Below are positions 37,429 through 50,304 of a DNA stretch of 64,000 nucleotides, piece after piece. Position 1 is the stretch's first letter. Every line of letters begins with the position of its first letter. The notes under the pieces were generated by a model. That model ran no database searches. It saw only the letters and a program-made list of their open reading frames with translations, and had not been told where the DNA came from. The position numbers and the translations under genes were made by a program. Source of the DNA: Oopsacas minuta (taxonomy: Eukaryota > Animalia > Porifera); contig JAKMXF010000222.1 in assembly GCA_024704765.1 (NCBI GenBank), positions 1,054,001 through 1,118,000 of the forward strand, in the 5' to 3' direction.

Positions 37429-38695
37429 CTTGAGGCATTCAATATATTCCAGACCCATTACTCTAAAATCATAGATAAGATCATAATTAAATATAGTATT
37501 TCATGGAATGCCCGAAATATTTGCCCTTGTGCGAGACACATAGCTTTAACCTTTCTATCCACATCAGAAATGTATTTTTGAACTCTTCTGCGGGTATGTC
37601 TTTAAGCGTCTTATGAAGCTCATATCGGAGTGCAAGTCTTGTGTCAAAAATCTTACCTTCCAAGTGCTTTTGGACCAAACTGTAAAGCCCAAATCGCATG
37701 GCGATAGATCAGGGCTATATGGAGAATGGGGCAACTCAACCATTCTCATTTCACACAGCATTTCACCTTTGGCCCCCACAACTTGGTCTCTTCGAATAGT
37801 AATAATTCTCTACCTCAGTCAAACATTCCCCTGCGTCAAATTGTCCGGTCATTGTACGCTTCTTTGGGACACAAATGGAAGCTACTATACCATAAGCATT
37901 AAATAATATACAATATGAACCTTGATTGCACGGGAGTCCGGCTTGGGATTAGTGCTCAGGATAGCACCTTTAGGGAGCTACGTTTGTTGTTCTTTTCTCA
38001 GGGGCTTAGAGTGTTTAATCCAGGTCTCAACACCAGTGCAGACCTCAGCTAGCCTGCGATAATCAGCATATTGATACAATTTAAATAATTCCTTCGCACA
38101 AGAGTAATGGGCACTTTTCTGATTCTCTGTGAGAATATGCGGCTTCCATCTGGAAGAAACATTTCTATATTCAAGATGGTTGATCAAAATGTCATCAACA
38201 CTTCCCGTTAAGATATCGGGACATAGAGCTATCTCAGGGATAGTTGAGTATGGATCGTTATCTACAATATTCTTGACCATATCGATGGTATGTGGCGTGA
38301 TAATTGAAAAAGGGCGTACCGATTTAGCCGCATCTTCCAGACTCTCCCTACCGTCCCTAAATCTCTTGGCCCATTCTTTACACATGAATACGAAAGAGCA
38401 TCATCCGAATATACTTTCAACATCTTTTCATGTATATCCATCGGCGTTTTACCAAGCCTTGTACAGAACTTTATTACCGCCCTTTGTTCAAATTTCAAAT
38501 TGAAGTCTGGAGAAGCCATATTATCAAAAAGGCTAAAGAGTGTGCTATGCAAGAATTTGTGATATTTACATATTACTAGTCCGAATTGAATAATTTCAAC
38601 TGTATTTCATAGATAAATGTAGTGGGTAAATAAGAATATGAATAAACAATTGTGCAATTATGATGTAGGGCCTGGAACATATTGAAAGCCCTAAG
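37429..38695 (-). mobile_element. mariner element (DD34D), transposase pseudogene 37487..38519
   Basis: TIR CTT(GA/AG)GGC(A/T)TTCAATAT(A/G)TTCCAG(A/G)CCC with TA on both sides; EQRAVIKF, WKPHILT, TGVETW, PHSPYSPDLSPCD, GKYF; frameshifts. Confidence 0.92.
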
Positions 38696-40443
38696 TACAA
38701 TTATCTAGGGTGAGATCTTCTTACATATTCTCTGACACATATTCATAGCCACAATGAAATTGTAAATTGAATAATACTATATTCCCATTAACAATATTGA
38801 GAATCACTTCCGGCTAATTATTTTAGCCATTGTACACGCGATTGATATACAATTATTACTACAGTATAAGCAGTGGTTCTTTTTTCATCTATACATAATT
38901 GATATCACACTGAAATTATGAATAATAAAATTTCCTATATACAATTTGTATCATAAATTTGATTACTCATAGTGTCAGGTTTAGGCGAGCAAAAGAACAA
39001 CTGGGTGTATACTGAAGTAGCAATCTCATATCAATCACTTGAATAATGGCTAAAATAATTAGCCCGAAGTGATGCTCAATATTTTTAATGGGAATATAGT
39101 ATTATTCAATGTACAAATTCACTATGGCAATTAATATTTATCAGACGGACTATATAATGGATATAAGAAACACCCACCCTTGATTAATTTTGTAAATATC
39201 TGGAGAAATGCTTGATAATTGACAGATAGTGTAATTGTTAAGTCATGCTTAAAAGCTCAAATGGAGATTCTGTGACACAAAATTTGTGATTTCATTGGTT
39301 TCAGAGTAGGTGTATAGGGAGTAATTCGTAAATCTAGGAAATGTGCACACTTAACAAAGGTACTGACAAAAATTCAGATTTATTGATTAGCAATTGACCG
39401 ATTAATTAGGGTAAAGTTGTGCTCAAATTCCATAGCTGGAATTCGCTGCCAACTTCATACTCGTACGAAAATTACAAATAAAAAATTAGTAATGAAGAAC
39501 AATATACAACCAAAATTTCAATAATGTGGAAAAAATTACAAGCACAAAATATTTTTACGGTCCGAATATTACTACTACAAATTTGATGTTAAAAATTCCT
39601 GAATGACAAAAAATTACAAAATGTTCTAAATTGAATGTCCAAAAAATTTCAACACCAAAATTTCGATATAATGGAAATTTGCCAAACCCAGAATTACAGA
39701 CGGTCAATAGCCTACATAATATACGTCGAGTCATAGGACTCATAGTTTTTGAGTTATAGCCTTAACGAAGAGAATAGGAATGTGTCCACATTCAATTCAT
39801 GCTAAACATATATTCTCAATTTTACTATTTGCCTTTGTCATTATATACAACTGTCAAGCATTAAAAACACCGAAAACATTCTTCTACACAGCCTCAAAAG
39901 CAGCATTTTTTCTCCAATATTGTTTTTGCGAAACAGCATGATGAGATATGATATTCTAGTCAATTGAAATGCGCACTTTGATACCATATTCGTATATGTC
40001 ACTATTATATACTAAGTTCTATCATACATATCTCGCGGGATATGTTGAAATCCAGATTTTTCTCGTATTCAAGCTATCTTGGGGACATATTTTAGCTTTA
40101 TGCCAGTAGTTCCGCCAGTCAACTTCCTTTGCCTCTGGTTAGGATAACTACTAGTCCATTACATGCGAACAATTCTATATGCGCTCTGTTCTGGAAGACC
40201 TTTACCATCCTTATTTTTGTCTACACGTACTTTTTGACACTTTTCTGAGATTTCCATAAACATTGCTCCTTTTCGAAGGTTCAATATTATATGGATTTTA
40301 TGATACCTAATTCTTGTAATATGAAAAATCTCCATCCCCAATTAAGGTCCCATATGCGAGATTGTGATTATGATTTGATCTTTGTCATATAGAGACAGCA
40401 GTGAAGAATCCATTGATTGAGAATACCCATGGCCTACTACGTA

Positions 40444-41768
40444 CAGTGTGTCCCATAAAAAACTGGAATAGCTAAATGATTTCAAAGAATATTATTATCG
40501 AAGATTTTTCCTATGTTTTCCGAAATATCTAAGTAATTTAGTAGTTCTTCAGTATTTTATCTTATAACCGCTACTTTCCTGAACCAGCTGACATCTTTTT
40601 GGGCATGGAAGCCCAATAAGGTCGAAGAAAATCTGCATCTATCCCCTCCCTAATTTTCAATAGTTGTAATTTGAGGTCTCGAATATTTAGGGTTGCGTTT
40701 GATTAGTTCTAACTTAATCCAGGCGAACAAGTTTTCAATAGGGTTAACATCTGGACTTTGACTTGGCCAGTCTATTCTGTTTTGTTTCATATTTTTGTCA
40801 ATCCATGCCTTGGTTAGTTTGGCTGTGTTTTGGGTCGTTATCCTGCACAAAAAACCACTCAGACCCATGAAAAACAATTGCTTGTGTTATCAAGTGTCCC
40901 TCTAGTATATTCACAAAGAGAGCTGCTGTGAGTATTTCTTGGAAAATACATAGTGGAAACGTTCCTACAGACGAAAAAGCTGCCCAAATGTTGACTTTTT
41001 GGGTATGTTTCACTGTTGTTCGCAGCCTCTCAGACCTCCCTTGGTCCACATGCGAATTCTCCCACGTGCGATCCGAATCGAAGCCTCATCGGCGAATATA
41101 GCATGTTGCCAATCATTACTAAGATTTTTCTCTGCCCATTCAAGTCGTGATATACGATTTTTCTCAGATAGTAGAGGAATGGAGCTTGGGTAGGGCTTCG
41201 TATACCTTAGCTTCTTCAAGCACGTGCAACCGTATTCTTTGAGGTGGTAACTAGACACTTATCTGCCATAGCTCTAAGAGAAATGTAAGGGTTCTCCGAA
41301 TTTGTTGTGCGATACTGTTCGTTATTAATGGGAGTAATTTCCCTGGCCTCCCACTCCCTTTTCTTCGTTCAATTGGCAAACATTCACTTATTCGGGATTT
41401 TAGGTTGTAAACCGTTGATAATGAGACCCCTACAATTCTAGATATTTCCCTAACTGAGTGTTTATTCCCCTTTAGAAGTATAATTGCGTGTTCCTTTTTC
41501 TCAGTCTGACACATGGTGAATAATAAATGCTATTAAATCAGAATGAAAATACAGATATAAATAATTATAGCAAGTGTTTGTGTCATGATGATGCAACAAT
41601 AAATATGCACAAAATTTTTTATAATATAAGGGAAATGTATTCCGAATAAAAACATGACTTAATGAAATATAAAATTTTAAGTAGATATGTCTAATACAAA
41701 CTATCAAACTCATAAAATGCTAGATGTAAGATAATTGACCAATTTCCAGATTTTTATGGGACATACTG
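40444..41768 (-). mobile_element. Tc1 element (DD34E/DD35E), transposase pseudogene 40549..41514
   Basis: TIR CAGT(G/A)TGTCCCATAAAAA, TA TSD; FADEAS, QDNDPKH, SPDVNPIENLF; spacing is 35 if the 2-nt loss in KH(T)A is repaired. Confidence 0.93.
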
Positions 41769-42559
41769 TATATAACGGGTAGCTAAGCAAAGAATTGCCA
41801 AAATATTTTCCATGCCATTGAATATATTATGTTTGATCATGAACAATTGCAGTTATCATTATAAATTCAACTGTAAATAGGGTCCACATAATGGCGGAGA
41901 CATCTAGAATACTTTTGAACCTGCTTTCCAAGTTATTATAACCACAATGACGCAATCAAAATTCAGCTTCAATGTGGTTACTATTTTACTAATAAATACC
42001 AATATTATCGATAAACCTACAAATCTCATGAAATTAATCATGATTCGTATTAACTTAGCACAAAAACGCAATAGAAAGACTCTATTAGAAAAACTTATAA
42101 AAATGGTTAGCATTATAACTAAATTTGTGTTTGCATACATTTTTGATGGAATTTCTTCGATTTTCTAGGATTTGACTATTTAATATTGTTTTCTTACAGC
42201 GAATATCACTAAACTGATTATTTAACGAGTGTTTATGAAAACGAAGATCATCTTTTCGTTACTTAAATTAACATTTAACAAGTAGAAGGTATTTTGTTAA
42301 AAGAATTAGTTAAAGTTTTGAAAATTTCTGAAATATAGATAAAAAACAAAACAAATCATAAATGGGAATGAACTTTTTTGCGTCATTGTTGATAAAATAA
42401 CTTGGAAAGCAGGTTCAAAAATATTCTAGATGTCTCCTCCATATGTGGAATCCTATTTACAGTTGGATTTGTAATGATACCTGTAATCCTTCATGGCCAA
42501 ACATAACATAATTAATAGCCTGGAAATTATATTATCAATTCTTTGCTTAGTTTGGCGCG

Positions 42560-43450
42560 CATATAGTAGGCCATGGAATACCCTTTATAGTTAGCGGTAC
42601 AATATTGCTCATGATTACCCCAAAATTCAGATCATTCCTCAGAATATTTCAGTCTATGATCCTCAGGCCACTTGAAACAAAAGTCAGATATCTGGTCATA
42701 CAGCTCGTAATCTAATACCTTCCCGAAGTCAGCATCTATTGCAGCTGAAATCTCTGAATATTGAAATGACCACTAGTGCCAAGATGCATCAATGTTCACG
42801 ACACAATTACGAACACATGGGTCAGAACAAGTGACAGAATTGAAAGCTAATTTGTCCACATAATAAATTAATCATCAACCCTTTTCGTGTTGCGTTTTAG
42901 GATCTGGTTGAGTTAGAACCTCGACATTATGAAATTGGGGATTTGCAAATCGAGAAGAGTACAAGTCAGCCTGAAGTCTTCAAAAGAGGATGATGTGACC
43001 TGAACTGAAAGGATTGAGCAAATATTCACTCTTTCCTTTCTTTATTGACACTTTGTTGCTGATACAGTCTGAAGTTGATAATCCTATAGATAATGTAGAA
43101 GGAAATGTAGCAATACCTGAGAGACAATCCTTCCACTTCAAAAGAAAGAAACCTTGGAGTACATCTTGTATTACCTGTCCATACAATCTCGGATGTCCCT
43201 TACAAATCTATTAGAACATATAAGAAGACCAAAAAACTTCCGCAAGTATCTCTAGATTGAATATATTATTTCCACTTGGTATAAGTAGCTCCTGTGTACT
43301 CATAAAACCGTATTATTAGCCTGAATATCAAAACTAGGTGGAGGACAAGTGAAGTATTCAAAGAGCTCTGATGTAAGTTAGTCAGTCTTAAACCCTTTAG
43401 GCTCTGAAGGAGAAGCATCATAGACTAATTTTAAGTAAGAAGTTAATAGG
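42560..43450 (-). pseudogene. Kolobok-type transposase relic (5' half)
   Basis: GNNIFNLEILAEVF..CKGHPRLY..LLKWKDCLSGIATFPST, EDFRLTCTLLDL, CVVNIDASWH..GHF (first D), AAIDADFGKVLDYELYD, HEQYCTANYKG; same motif order as the Kolobok at 50305..54037. Confidence 0.7.
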
Positions 43451-45146
43451 GTAGACTAAACACTTTATATGAATAGGACTTGTGATAATATAAGTTTCTA
43501 AGTGAATACTTGTAGCTCTACTTTCTGGGAATTTCGAGTCTTGAATATATTTCTCTTAAATCCGTAATTCTCGTTTGTCTTGGAACTTTTTGAAACTATA
43601 ATGTAGGTGCATTGGCTCATTGTGTTTGTGAGAATGTTGTTTAAATATGACAATGTAATAATCAAATGTGCCGAAGAGTGCGAAAATGAAAGCTTTATGA
43701 TCTGGGCAAAATTGACTGTGAATTGCAAGACTGGCCTAACAGTGGGGGATGGGAGCTAAGACAGTGCAAATTTAGGAGAGCAATGATGTTTCACTATAAG
43801 CATATTAAAGTCAGTGTGTACAGAATCAATTTAATTATTTAATATATTAAAATGAAAATATTCCAATTAATCTATTATGCTATCCAATTTGTCCCACGCA
43901 CTTGTATCAATACAATACTTTGTTCTCCTCATATTTGTTTGACTCAGCAACGTAAGGGCAGTGCCCCTCTGCCACCCATTTTCCCTTTCTGGTCACTCTT
44001 TTTATTGAAGATTAAACAATTTATTTTATCAAGTTTGAATCGTTAAGCCACCAAGTTTTTTGTGACCCCACTATAGTTTTACTATCTCCAGGCTTCATGC
44101 TTGCTTTTGAATTTCCTTCAACACTGGATATTTTCCCTGAAAGTCTCCAAAAAAATTGGATCGCGTGATATTTTGTGCCCAAACATTCCATATGCTCACG
44201 AAACTTTGCTATTTTGTGTATTTATGGACATAATTACGTAACGATCATAAATTTATTTTTCTAAACATAATATACAGGATTATGCTAGAAACGTATCCAT
44301 TAGCATTTAGCTGGGGTAACTATTAGTGTACGATTGAGATACTGAATACTTGAATAATTGTCGAGACAATTAGATAATGAAGGCATACTTTCCAACCCAT
44401 GTAATGCAGATCCCAGGTTGCAGGGAAGTACCCTAGATTTCTCGAGCTCTTGAAACTTCCAATTTTTTCATCGCCCGCTACACTCGCTTCTACCTTTGAA
44501 TTTTATATTCAAATACCAAAAGCCATGCATTATGAAATATTGTCCCCAATATTTGCTCCACTGATGTTATTTCTTAATTACAAACGAATGTGTCATGATT
44601 ATCTTTGGGATTTTTGCCATTGCTAGTTACACTAAATGATAATCAATTTCATGGAAGTATGAACAAGAACTTGTTTTATGCTTGTTTGTATTTATTTGTA
44701 TGCCAAGTGAAAGTAAAACATACCTAGGAATATAGGCACACATTCTTTCCTGGGTAGTTAGCCACACAGACCATCTACCGTCTTCTAATTCTCTAGATTC
44801 GTTCCCTATTCTTAGCCCTCAAAACTTCTGCCTCCACTGCCTATGATATAGAGAATACTCTTTCTATAATCTTCAGGAGAATATGTTGCTGGAGAGCTAT
44901 TACTAATTATATCTGCCAGGAATTTAACTAGAGTGGGCAAATACATTATCGGGGGTAGGATGGTGGGCAAGGTGTTTGCACCAGTTTCAGCAGGTGGCAT
45001 CACCAACTGGCGGTCGAATAAGTTAATATTTGGTTATAACCATCTTGTGGGGCAGTTGACATCGTGTGACCTTAAAATTTTAGGAGCACAAATTCAATCT
45101 GATGGGCAACAAGTTCTAGATGAGGGTTATGTGGCAAGAAAACAAT

Positions 45147-47142
45147 GAAGCGCCTGCAATTGATCGACTTTCAAAGGTTTTCAATTGATCGACTTTCTAA
45201 GGTTTGGAATTGATCGAAAATACATTTTCGATGAATTGTAAACCAAACAAATGAAACTGTAAAATGTATACTCAGAAACGTTTCATTATATAAATCAGTG
45301 TACATTTTACTAATTGCTTATCCGAATACATACCTATCTCTAACTTTATTATCATTCTCAACATGGATTACGATTGCGGAAATCATAAACATAAAAGGGG
45401 AACAATTTTCACTACTCCAGATGGTTTTAAATACACTCAACACAAAGCCAGACCTGGGGTAATCTATCTCCGACGTGTTTTACATCAGAAGGTAAAGTGT
45501 AAAGGATCTGCAAAGTTAAACTCTGAATCCAATACTATTTATCCTTTAAAACATCATAACCATCTAGTTTCTGATTATAATACTGAAGTTTTAGTTCTAA
45601 AATCTAAATGTGTTTCTGCGGCGAGATCTTCACGTGAAAGGTTATCTAAAGTGTTCAAAGATGTTGTTCGTGATGATCCTTCTGCAATTGATATCCCATA
45701 CAAAACTTTAGAGAGTGCAATGTATCGAGCAAGAAGAGAAATTGAACCACCTATTCCTAAAGGTGTTACTGAATTTTGTCAACTTATTGTATCATCTGAT
45801 TTTGGCATATACTACAAAGGTGAAGTACAAGTAGGTTGTGAAACTGGTGTGATATTTTTCTCAGATAAGATAAAGATTTCTCTCTCTGAAGTGGATCACA
45901 TTTATTTTGATGGTACATTTTATACCGTACCATCCCAGTTCTATCAATTGTGGACTATTTTCGCCCGCTTTGGACGCAATGTACTGCCGGTTATCCATTG
46001 TCTTCTTACATCCAAGCATGAGGAAATCTATACAGCTGTTCTAGCTAGAATACACGAACTTGTTCCGCAACTAAAACCTATCCATGGAATGTCTGATTGG
46101 GAGAAGGGGGCTAGAAATGCTGTAAAGAGAGAGTTCCAAGGTATTCATCTACGAGGATGTCATTTTCACTATACTCAATGTATTTGGCGGAAAGTACAAA
46201 AGTTAGGTCTGTCAACTGTTTATCACAATAATGCAGATTTTAAAAAACTAGTTAGATCATTTATGTCTCTTCCTTTCCTTCCTGAAGATCAGATTATATC
46301 TGTATTCAATCAACTGGAAGTGAGAGATTTGCCTCTTAGTGAAGTTCATATGAATCAATATACAATTTTTAAGAAGTATTTAAAACGTCAATGGATTATT
46401 TCTACTCCTAGGAACGAATTATCTATTTTTAACTGCCAACATGTCACAAATAATGGAGCAGAGAACTACTACTGTAGACTAAAAAGGACATCGTGGTCTC
46501 TCACCCGCGTGTATGGTTTTTGTTGAAATCCTCAATAAGACGATACAGGATACAGATTTAGATATTCAGCGCCTAGCAAAAGGTATTAACATTACTAGGA
46601 GTCGTAGGTTGAAGGGCATCCAAAATGATTCGTTTCGTGCTCAATGCAAAGAAAAGCTTGTATCGGGAGAATATAGTCCAACTCAATATGTGGATGCAAT
46701 AGCTAGCTCTATCCACCCGGATACAAACCCAATAAACCTGCTTGGAGATTGCCCAGATGAGTCATTGTCGGATGAAGAGCCTGAAGATGATATTCAGGTT
46801 AATTGCTGTGTGCTTACTTCAGAGAGTAACAACAGTCCTATTTCTTCCTTGTAGGCATGCAAAATGTTGTGAGGAATGCAGTGCATCCTTGGAACAATGT
46901 CCATTATGCAGGTGCAATATAGAGCAAAGATTCAAAATTTTTACTTAATTTTTCTCTCCAATACATTTTACTGTTGTTTTTCATTTTTCCTTCAATAACT
47001 TTTCTCAATTCATTAATTAAATCATTATATTCTCAATAATATTAGTCAAGGTTAGGATAAATCAATTCTAAAGTCGATCAATTGCAAACCTTAAAAATTC
47101 GATCAATTGCAAACGTTGTCAGTCGATCAATTGCCGCGCCCC
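45147..47142 (+). mobile_element. MULE (Phantom-like) with FLYWCH + MULE DDE + C-terminal RING; 9-bp TSD GAAAACAAT
   Basis: GAAAACAAT at 45138..45146 and 47143..47151; TIRs G..GCGC..GCAATTGATCGAC with three AATTGATCGA subrepeats at ~25-bp spacing on each side. Confidence 0.95.
45363..46948 (+). pseudogene. FLYWCH-MULE-RING transposase, ~529 aa after repair of three small deletions
   Basis: FLYWCH-like GFKYT..YLR(R)V..KCKG..HHNH; YFDGTFYTVP, GMSDWEKG, GCHFHYTQC, TNNGAENY; RING (C)AVC..LFLPCRHAKCCEECSASLEQCPLCR. Frameshifts at an A5 run (~46482), a T5 run (~46517) and a GT repeat (~46806). Confidence 0.9.
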
Positions 47143-47499
47143 GAAAACAATCAGTAAGATCCAGGAGCAAAACCCATCGCAAGAAATAACGTTTGGTGTT
47201 CAATTGGTCCAGAATCTTAACATTTTTCTGGTCCTTTGGAGTAGTGATTTGAGAGCTTGGAGAATATTTCGGGGAGTCTGGGCCGATGCAAGATTTCCTG
47301 TGGAATTGGGGCGTAGCACCTGAACAACAACTATATACCCGCCAATATATGCTAATTTATTCAGGAATTCGGCAATACTTGTGTCTATTAAGCATACATT
47401 TGCTAAAATACGCCCTTCTTTGATGCCTAGTAGCACGTTAAATATTTGTATCTTTCATTTCAATGTGAATAGCTGAAACGATCTATAGATAGTTTTATA

Positions 47500-47891
47500 C
47501 AGAACAAGGCTGGGGTTGGTTAACTGAATTTAGGAGACGGCTAAACTCGTTTCGATAATAGTTGTTAACGGGTTAACCACTACATTTATTCTTAATTTAA
47601 TCAATGATGTTTTGTGAGTAAAATTGAAAATATCAATACTTAGTTATTATATGTACAATCGTGATGCATTGTTATCTTTCTAAACTATTGAAATTTGAGA
47701 ATACGGACCTAAAATGTAACATCTCATAAATACTAAACTGGCAAAATTCGTGTATAATCTATTTCATATCTCTCAAAAGCTTAGGAACACAAAATATTTT
47801 GGTTAAAATGACACTTTTCGTTAACCTAATATATTTTATCCTATAGTTAACTCATATATTGTGGCGGTTGACCGAATCCAGCCTTGTTCTG
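47500..47891. mobile_element. ~390-bp MITE with CAGAACAAGGCTGG termini
   Basis: CAGAACAAGGCTGGGGTTGGTTAAC vs reverse complement CAGAACAAGGCTGGATTCGGTCAAC; no TSD recognised. Confidence 0.65.
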
Positions 47892-48604
47892 ATCAATTAC
47901 AATATTTCTTGGAAACATTACAATTTATTCTCGATATTCAGATAAGTCGATCATACCTTGAATGCCTTACTTATAACGCTGGTTTTGCCGTGCTTCTTAC
48001 ATGAAAAAGTTCCATTTGGTTATCAGTTGTTAAGAATTGTAATAATTGGTACATTTTAAACATCAACTTTAAAATGTACCAATTGTTGCAAATTCTTAAC
48101 GACTGATAACCAAATTGAACTTTTACATGAAGTTGATTCCTAATATATACTTGTTGATTAATTTGATAGAGGTTCACTTATTTTTTCATTACTTATTGTT
48201 ATTGATTATATGAATATTATATACTAGACTTTTATCAAAATAGTCATCTCATAAATTCTATGTAAAACTTTTATGCTAGCCCATACCGAAGTTTATGAGT
48301 GCGAATAAGTATATCAATGATTGAAGAGAAATATATTGGGAAATGAGGAGAATTTGTGATTGTAAATTATGGCGTTGGATATTTTATATAAATTAGTAAT
48401 GACTGTTTTATTTTGTATTCTATCAATGAAAGTTAATTTTACAAACTTAGTCGCGAAACAAAGCTTAACGGTTAGTCACTAATTCGTACTTATATCTTAT
48501 CCTCGCATGGTGAGACTCAAAAGGCTCTCACTTAATTCCTAGACAATTTACCATTGTACAATCCCGGTCCTTTGCTGGATTTATATAAGGGTGTTATATC
48601 CTCT

Positions 48605-48672
48605 TGTGTTCTTATCTTCACTAAAGATACTACGTAGATGTGTTCTTATCTTCACTAAAGATACTACGTAGA
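48605..48672 (+). repeat. Perfect 34-bp tandem duplication
   Basis: TGTGTTCTTATCTTCACTAAAGATACTACGTAGA x2. Confidence 0.95.
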
Positions 48673-50304
48673 TGTGTACTTACCCCATTCAACATACTAA
48701 ATGTGCGATGTATTCTAACTACAAACTAACCTCATTACTCATTACAATAGAAGATACTAGCTGTGTATTGCTTTTATCGGAGAACTGGACATCTTGTCAC
48801 CCTCTCATATAAACTCCCTTACCAAACGTATACGTACATTAGGATGCCCCATTTGCCCCTTATTTGATAACTTATTTAGTTTGATACTTTGTATTTTCCA
48901 AATAAGGTATTGAATCATCATATCGAATTTCAATGGAATACAAAATGATTTAGTTTTACCGCAATCATATTTTGCTATGGCCTGGAATTTGTGGTTTCTG
49001 TTCGATTTTCCTCCAATTTGGTGAGAAATGTAGTTTGACCATGGCTAGGCATCTGAAAAAGTGGAATTGTGTAGTTTGTGGTGGATTGATGTCGGTCAAT
49101 GAATCACTTTGTTTACTAATCTTTTATAGTTTAGAAGGTATCAGTGAAAATCGCTTCATTCGATTATATATGTCTTACCAGCACAGACACCAGTATTTTC
49201 GCTAATTTCTCCTAAACAGTACAAAATTGGTTATAGAATAATGTTGTTCAATGAAATGAATCCACCCCTTAACTACTCAAGTCCAAGTTTTCAGATATCT
49301 AGACATGATCAGACTACATTTTTCATCTTAATTGGACCAAAACCGGCCAAAAAGTACTAATGACGAGCACAATTACAAATATATATTGTGGAACTACAAA
49401 TCTTCATGGATTTCTTCGAAATTTTGCATGATGAATCGATACAGCATTGATTACATAAAAAGTGGTGAGCGACGTTTGTTTTTACACGAACGAGGCAACT
49501 GATGCTTCATAAAATAGTACTAAACAAACTAGTATATTTAGTATTAAGGTCTCAATTACACAATAAGTGAAATGTGAGTGTTCTTATTCATAGTTATATA
49601 ATCATTCTATTCGTACTATATAGTGATTATAAAATCAAAATATAATTGCTCAATATTCCATCGTGTCTGGTTATGACAGGAATTATAATGACGTAATGCT
49701 AGATTCCTAATACCAAGGTAATTTCAATTGGCTAACTCTAGAAAATTGATCACACATGTTGTAATTGCATTAATGCCTATATTAGATTCTAGACAAATTA
49801 AAGAGCACCTGGTAGCAGAATCTAATCAATTCGTCAACTATTGATGATATAATTCATAATTACATATAAAATTCCAAAATAACATAGCAAATATTCGATA
49901 CTTTGAAATTATACTGCATATTTCTCAAAATAATTTTGTAATCCACTAATTAGAGCTTAGGATATAATGGCCATATATGCACTTTATAAACAACCACTAA
50001 TAAGATCCAATAACATATTACTTTTTTTCCAGTATACACACATACATTGTCAGTTGGGCTATCTGAAGAATTTTGGGGTAAATTCATTAAATTTTCGAAT
50101 TGTTTCATAGTGATTTCCTGGGATTTATTTGAGTATTGCAGACTATTATTGCATACAAAAGTTTAAAATACTAGGTTTCGACATTCATACTCGTCAGTAT
50201 TCGGTTCGGAAATAGATCTAGACAAATATAATTACAAAGAACAATACAATAAATATAATATACAAAACACAATAAATATAACATACAAAACACAATCTAT
50301 ATTA

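Noticed and set aside
44812-47436. Host gene disrupted by the MULE (ORFs 44812..45006, 44933..45148, 47200..47436)
   Set aside because: Rejoining the empty site gave no long open frame or recognisable domain on either strand.
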